64,000 nucleotides of DNA from Myxococcales bacterium (GTDB lineage: Bacteria > Desulfobacterota > Binatia > HRBIN30). The stretch spans positions 32,001-96,000 of the forward strand of contig JBBILD010000004.1 in NCBI GenBank assembly GCA_037445065.1, written 5' to 3'. The notes beneath the pieces are model-generated. The model saw only the letters and a list, made by a program, of their open reading frames with translations, was not told the DNA's origin and did not search any database. This document shows, piece by piece, positions 59,720-64,000 of this stretch. A program made the translations under genes and the position numbers. The stretch's first letter is position 1; every line of letters begins with the position of its first letter.

Positions 59720-60556
59720 ATGAGAAAGACGGTCCTCGGGTTGTTTGGGTTCGTTCTGATCCAACTCTGTCGGAACTCCCCGAGCCACGCACAGGTGGTG
59801 CTGTTTTTCGAAGGGATCGGCGCCGAAAGTGGTGTGACGGTACCAGGGGCGACAACGTTTTCGTTCATGGGGTCGAACTGGTCGGGCGGCGTGGTGGCAA
59901 CCGAAGGCATCAGGTCTTTGTACGCTTCTGGGCGGTTTTCTTACGAAGTCCGCGAGGGGCCGGCGCAAGTCGTGTTCGAGAATCCCGTGGACTCTGTAAG
60001 TTTCTTTTACGTCCACGGCCTTGGGTTTTCATCCGGAACGGCCAGGGCCTTCGATGACGCTGGAAGTGTCATCGCCTCGGTGAACAGCCGGGAGGCCACC
60101 TTCTTCGGGGATCCGAACAACGTCGTGGTGCTGGATCCGCAGGAACCGATTCGGCGCATCGAATTTTCTGCTGGCGTTATTGACGACTTTCGTTTCGTGC
60201 CGATCGGTGCGCAGCCGCCAGCAACGGGGACACCGACGGATACGAGCATCCCTTTGGCTTCTCCCACCCCCGAGCCTCCTGCCACGGCTACGGAGGTGCC
60301 CCCGGAAACGCCTACGGTGACGTACACGGCCTCACCCGCCGCGACCTCAACGCCGACGCCGAGCCCAGCGCCCTGCACCGGCGATTGCGACGGCAACGGC
60401 GAAGTCACGGTGGATGAAATCGTTCGCGGGGTAAACATTGCTCTGGGCAACTTCGCTTTGTCGGAGTGCCCAGTCTTCGATCCGAACCAAGACGGGGAGG
60501 TAACCATCGAGGAGCTGATTCAGGCTGTGAACGTGGCACTCAACGGCTGCGTGTGA
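59720..60556 (+). CDS. Secreted protein with Pro/Thr linker and C-terminal dockerin-like module
   Basis: AAGGAGG RBS; CTGDCDGNGEVTVDE...FDPNQDGEVTIEELIQAVNVALNGC. Confidence 0.85.
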   Translation: MRKTVLGLFGFVLIQLCRNSPSHAQVVLFFEGIGAESGVTVPGATTFSFMGSNWSGGVVATEGIRSLYASGRFSYEVREGPAQVVFENPVDSVSFFYVHGLGFSSGTARAFDDAGSVIASVNSREATFFGDPNNVVVLDPQEPIRRIEFSAGVIDDFRFVPIGAQPPATGTPTDTSIPLASPTPEPPATATEVPPETPTVTYTASPAATSTPTPSPAPCTGDCDGNGEVTVDEIVRGVNIALGNFALSECPVFDPNQDGEVTIEELIQAVNVALNGCV

Positions 60557-60888
60557 AGCGCGCGGACTGTGCTGCCGGTGAGGAACGCGGATCGTTGCGC
60601 CGTCGCACGCGCCGCCTCGCCCGCACTGCCTGCAGTGGGCTTCGCGCGTTTTTGCCCTGTTGTGCGCATCCGGGGCAAGATGCGCACACATCTGTGCCAA
60701 AATTGGCCTGGGTGAGAAGCGGTGTTCCTGTCGAGCTTTTGTGCTTCCGCTGCGCTTTTCGCCCGACGACGCAACGACGAGGCGAGGTGGCCAGCCGGAG
60801 GGAACGGTCGCAGAGGTTCACGGAGGTCCGTCGAGAAGCCGCTCATAGTCCAGGGTTCTCTGCGCAGACTTCGCGGTCCCCGGGATTT

Positions 60889-61149
60889 TTACACTCCACC
60901 GCTCAAAGCCTGTACGATTTGCACCTCGTCGGTCGGGCAGAGGGGCGCATCGAGTGCGAACACCTGCACCCCGTTGACGAAGAAGCGAATGTGCTTGCGA
61001 ATTTCGTTTTGCTCGTCGACCACGCGGAAGCGAATCCCAGGGTACTGGCGGTCGAGGTCGGTGAGCAGTTCGGCGAGGTTCGCGCCGCTGCCCTCCACCT
61101 CTCGCTTGCGCGTGTAAGAACGCAACGGGCTGGGAATCCGTACCCTCAT
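60889..61149 (-). CDS. MoaD/ThiS family ubiquitin-like protein (ends GGV)
   Basis: VRIPSPLRSYT, LDRQYPGI, FVNG, ALSGGV*. Confidence 0.88.
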   Translation of the reverse strand: MRVRIPSPLRSYTRKREVEGSGANLAELLTDLDRQYPGIRFRVVDEQNEIRKHIRFFVNGVQVFALDAPLCPTDEVQIVQALSGGV

Positions 61150-62318
61150 GGAGCGATGGTCTCTGCTTCGACCGCGTAGACCTCTGGAAGGTCGCGCGCC
61201 ACGCACCTCCAGTGCTCGCCTTCGTTGCGACTTGCCCACACCTCTCCTTGCGTGGTGCCGAAGTAGACGCCCACAGGATCGCCCGCGTCCGTGCACATTG
61301 CCTGGCGTTTGACCGTCCACCACGCATGGCGCGGCGGTAGCCCGGAGTCGAGCCGGCGCCAGGTCTTCCCGCCGTTTCGGCTTCTGTAGACTGCGGGCCT
61401 GCCGCCCGGGCTTGTTCGCGGCCATACGTCACTGGCGTCCATCGGGAACACCCACAGCGTGTCGGCGTTGCGCGGATGCACGGCGAGCGGGAAGCCGATG
61501 TCACCGACCTTGTGCGGCATCGCTTTGCCGATCCGGACCCATTTCTTCCCAGGGCGGTCGAGGCGGTAAATGCCACAGTGGTTTTGCTGGTAAAGCCGGT
61601 CCGGGTCGCTCGGGCAGATGCGTACACAGTGGGGGTCGTGAAAGGCGAGGTTGGCAGGGTCGAGCTGCTCGACCACTTCGAGGCCGCGCACGAGCGGCCG
61701 CCAGTGGCGACCCCTGTCGGTGGATTCGTGCACTCCGCCGCTCGACATGGCGACGTAAAGGTGGGCCGGGTCGCGCGGGTCCACGATGATCGAATGCAGC
61801 TTGGGCCCGTTCGGAGTCCCGTCTTGCTCATTGCCCATCCACAGCCGGTACTCCGGATGATCGTTGAGTCCGCTCACCGGTTCCCACGTGTCTCCCGCGT
61901 CCTCGCTGCGGAACAGTCCTTGGGGCGATGTTCCCGCGTACCAGACACCCGGCTCGCTGGGATGCCCCGGCGTGAGCCAGAACGTATGGTCCACGACTCG
62001 CCCCTTTTCTCCCACCGCCGCGGGCGGAAAGGCTGGCGGCCGCGTTGCTTCCCGCCATGTTCTGCCACGATCGTGCGAGCGGAAGATGGTCGGCCCCAGA
62101 TGACCGGTGCGGGCGGCAGCGAGCATCGTGCGATGGTCCCGCGGATCGAGCACGAGATGGTGGACGATGTGCCCGAGGAACACCGGGCCGCGGAGCTGCC
62201 AGGCCCGCCGAGTGCGATCCGACTGGAGCACGAACGCCCCTTTTCGCGTGGCGACCAGGAGCAGGGTTCCGCCGCTGCTCGTCCCTCGACGCTTCCGAAC
62301 CTGCCGCGGTTGCGACAT
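61146..62318 (-). CDS. BNR/Asp-box beta-propeller protein (sialidase/glycosyl-hydrolase-like)
   Basis: Repeated S.D.G.TW Asp-boxes; LYQQNHCG; ATGA overlap with the MoaD-like gene. Confidence 0.88.
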   Translation of the reverse strand: MSQPRQVRKRRGTSSGGTLLLVATRKGAFVLQSDRTRRAWQLRGPVFLGHIVHHLVLDPRDHRTMLAAARTGHLGPTIFRSHDRGRTWREATRPPAFPPAAVGEKGRVVDHTFWLTPGHPSEPGVWYAGTSPQGLFRSEDAGDTWEPVSGLNDHPEYRLWMGNEQDGTPNGPKLHSIIVDPRDPAHLYVAMSSGGVHESTDRGRHWRPLVRGLEVVEQLDPANLAFHDPHCVRICPSDPDRLYQQNHCGIYRLDRPGKKWVRIGKAMPHKVGDIGFPLAVHPRNADTLWVFPMDASDVWPRTSPGGRPAVYRSRNGGKTWRRLDSGLPPRHAWWTVKRQAMCTDAGDPVGVYFGTTQGEVWASRNEGEHWRCVARDLPEVYAVEAETIAP

Positions 62319-62573
62319 GACTCCCGGCCTCCTCCGCCGGAAGCGTACCCCTATCACTGGCTGTTCCGGACCGGCAAGCGCAGATTTGTTGCTGCTGGGC
62401 GAAGAATCGCTGCGACACTGGGTCCTGGCGTGCCACAAGGGGACACATCCGTGGCTCGAGCGAGTCCGACGTCGGCAGGGGTACGCTGTCGCGGAGGGGC
62501 GGTCCGCCTCCTCGTGCTGCGGTGTTTGCAGGGATCTTTGGTACGGGCGCAGGTCGCGCCCCGGAAACGCAGC

Positions 62574-64000
62574 TCAGGTCGCAGCCGCTTCTGCCTCCCG
62601 CCACAGCTTCCGTAAGTGGTGGGCGGTGGCGGAGTGTTTGGCTTTGCGCAGGAGGTCGTGCGGGGTTCCCATGGCCACTACACGGCCGCCGTGCTGGCCG
62701 CCCCCGGGCCCGAGATCGATGATCCAGTCGGCCTCTTTGATGATGTCCAAGTTGTGTTCGATGGTGACCACAGTGTGTCCTTTGTCCACCAGGCGATGCA
62801 GGAGGTCGATCAGGCGCTCGATGTCGGCGAAGTGCAGCCCAGTGGTGGGCTCGTCGAGCACGTAAAGGGTGTGACTGCGCGCGGGTTTGGCCAGTTCGTA
62901 GGCGAGCTTGAGGCGCTGTGCCTCGCCGCCGGAAAGCGTGTTGCTCGGTTGCCCGAGGGTGAGATACCCGAGGCCGATGTCGCGCATCAGGGCGAGGGGT
63001 GGGCCGATTGCAGGCAAGTCGCGGAAAAACTCCGCCGCCTCCTCGATGGTCATGGCGAGGATGTCGGCGATGTTCTTGTCCCGGTACCGTACGACCAGCG
63101 TTTCCTCGTTGTAGCGGCGCCCGTTGCACACTTCGCAGACCACGAACACGTCCGGCAGGAAGCTCATTTCCTTGCGCAGCAAGCCCTGGCCCGCGCAGTT
63201 CGTGCAGCGCCCTCCCTGCACATTGAACGAAAAGCGGCCTGCCGTGTAGCCACGGGTGCGGGCTTCGGCTGAGCGAGCGAAGAGCTTGCGGATTTCGTCC
63301 CACACTCCCACGTACGAGGCAGGGACCGAGCGAGGCGTGCGGCCAATGGGAGTTTGGTCCACCTCGACCACGCGCTCGACGCCCTCCGCCTCGATCTCCC
63401 GGTACGCCCCGGGCCGCGGCGCGACCAAGCCGAGTTGGCGGCGCAGGCCGCAATACAGGACGTCACGCACCAGTGTGGACTTGCCCGAGCCGGACACGCC
63501 GGTGACGCAGGTCCAAGCGCCGAGCGGGATTTCCACGTCAATGTTTTGCAGGTTGTTGGCACTTGCGCCGCGCACCCAAATGCGCGGGGCTGTAGACACG
63601 TTGCGCAGCGGGCCTAAGCGGCGGCGGGGCGCCCCCAAGAACTTTCCGGTGAGCGAGTCGGGGTGGTGTTTGAGTTCGGCGGGGGGTGCAACAGCGACCA
63701 GATGGCCGCCGTGCGCTCCCGCGCCGGGGCCAAGATCTACGACTAGATCCGCTGCTTCGATGGTGGCCTCGTCATGCTCTACCACCACCACGGTGTTGCC
63801 GCGGTCGCGCAATTGCACCAGTGCGTCCAGCAGCTTCGAGTTGTCGCTCGGATGCAGGCCAATGGTGGGCTCGTCGAGGATGTAACAAACGCCGCGCAAG
63901 TTGGAGCCGAGTTGGGCGGCAAGACGGATGCGCTGTGCCTCGCCCCCGGAGAGGGTGTCGGCGCTACGGTCCAGAGTGAGATACCCGAGCCCCACCTCTT
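62574..64000 (-). CDS. uvrA: Excinuclease ABC subunit A (3' part; runs off the window end)
   Basis: [41 protein letters not shown], Zn-finger CxxC pairs, DEPTTGLH. Confidence 0.96.
   Translation of the reverse strand, partial: EVGLGYLTLDRSADTLSGGEAQRIRLAAQLGSNLRGVCYILDEPTIGLHPSDNSKLLDALVQLRDRGNTVVVVEHDEATIEAADLVVDLGPGAGAHGGHLVAVAPPAELKHHPDSLTGKFLGAPRRRLGPLRNVSTAPRIWVRGASANNLQNIDVEIPLGAWTCVTGVSGSGKSTLVRDVLYCGLRRQLGLVAPRPGAYREIEAEGVERVVEVDQTPIGRTPRSVPASYVGVWDEIRKLFARSAEARTRGYTAGRFSFNVQGGRCTNCAGQGLLRKEMSFLPDVFVVCEVCNGRRYNEETLVVRYRDKNIADILAMTIEEAAEFFRDLPAIGPPLALMRDIGLGYLTLGQPSNTLSGGEAQRLKLAYELAKPARSHTLYVLDEPTTGLHFADIERLIDLLHRLVDKGHTVVTIEHNLDIIKEADWIIDLGPGGGQHGGRVVAMGTPHDLLRKAKHSATAHHLRKLWREAEAAAT

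Noticed and set aside
1..64000. CRISPR arrays, tRNA and rRNA genes
   Set aside because: No regularly spaced repeats, cloverleafs or rRNA signatures seen by eye; tRNAscan-SE or Infernal would be decisive

Overview
GC-rich bacterial window. The repeated 'CxGDCDGxGEVTxDE...ALNGC' dockerin-like modules and the gene order suggest Candidatus Binatia or a related deltaproteobacterial lineage (inference). (1) 1-7461: a probable TonB-dependent receptor (5' part only) divergent from a gene cluster encoding a Cys-rich cohesin-like protein, a dockerin-like/beta-helix protein, TonB-ExbB-ExbD-ExbD and a receiver-less PhoB-type DNA-binding protein, with 11-bp-periodic Pho-box-like arrays upstream. (2) Three more dockerin-tagged secreted proteins elsewhere, together suggesting a non-cellulosomal cohesin-dockerin surface display system. 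(3) Housekeeping genes: nadK-recN, leuA-leuB-asd/usg-truA with a Leu-rich leader-peptide attenuator, gmhA, an mltD-like gene, a cyclophilin, an ABC-2 exporter and partial uvrA. (4) A decayed mobile island at about 40.3-42.8 kb: IS256 remnant, RHH-PIN toxin-antitoxin pair between attC-like sites, IS1182-like pseudogene. (5) A bufferin-type MNIO (DUF692) RiPP cluster with its own ECF sigma/anti-sigma pair and three identically spaced GGGAACTTTTT-N10-AGCGTTTA promoters, which also precede YceI, DUF3179 and DsrE genes. No rRNA, tRNA or CRISPR array was seen. All family calls come from motif recognition, not database searches.
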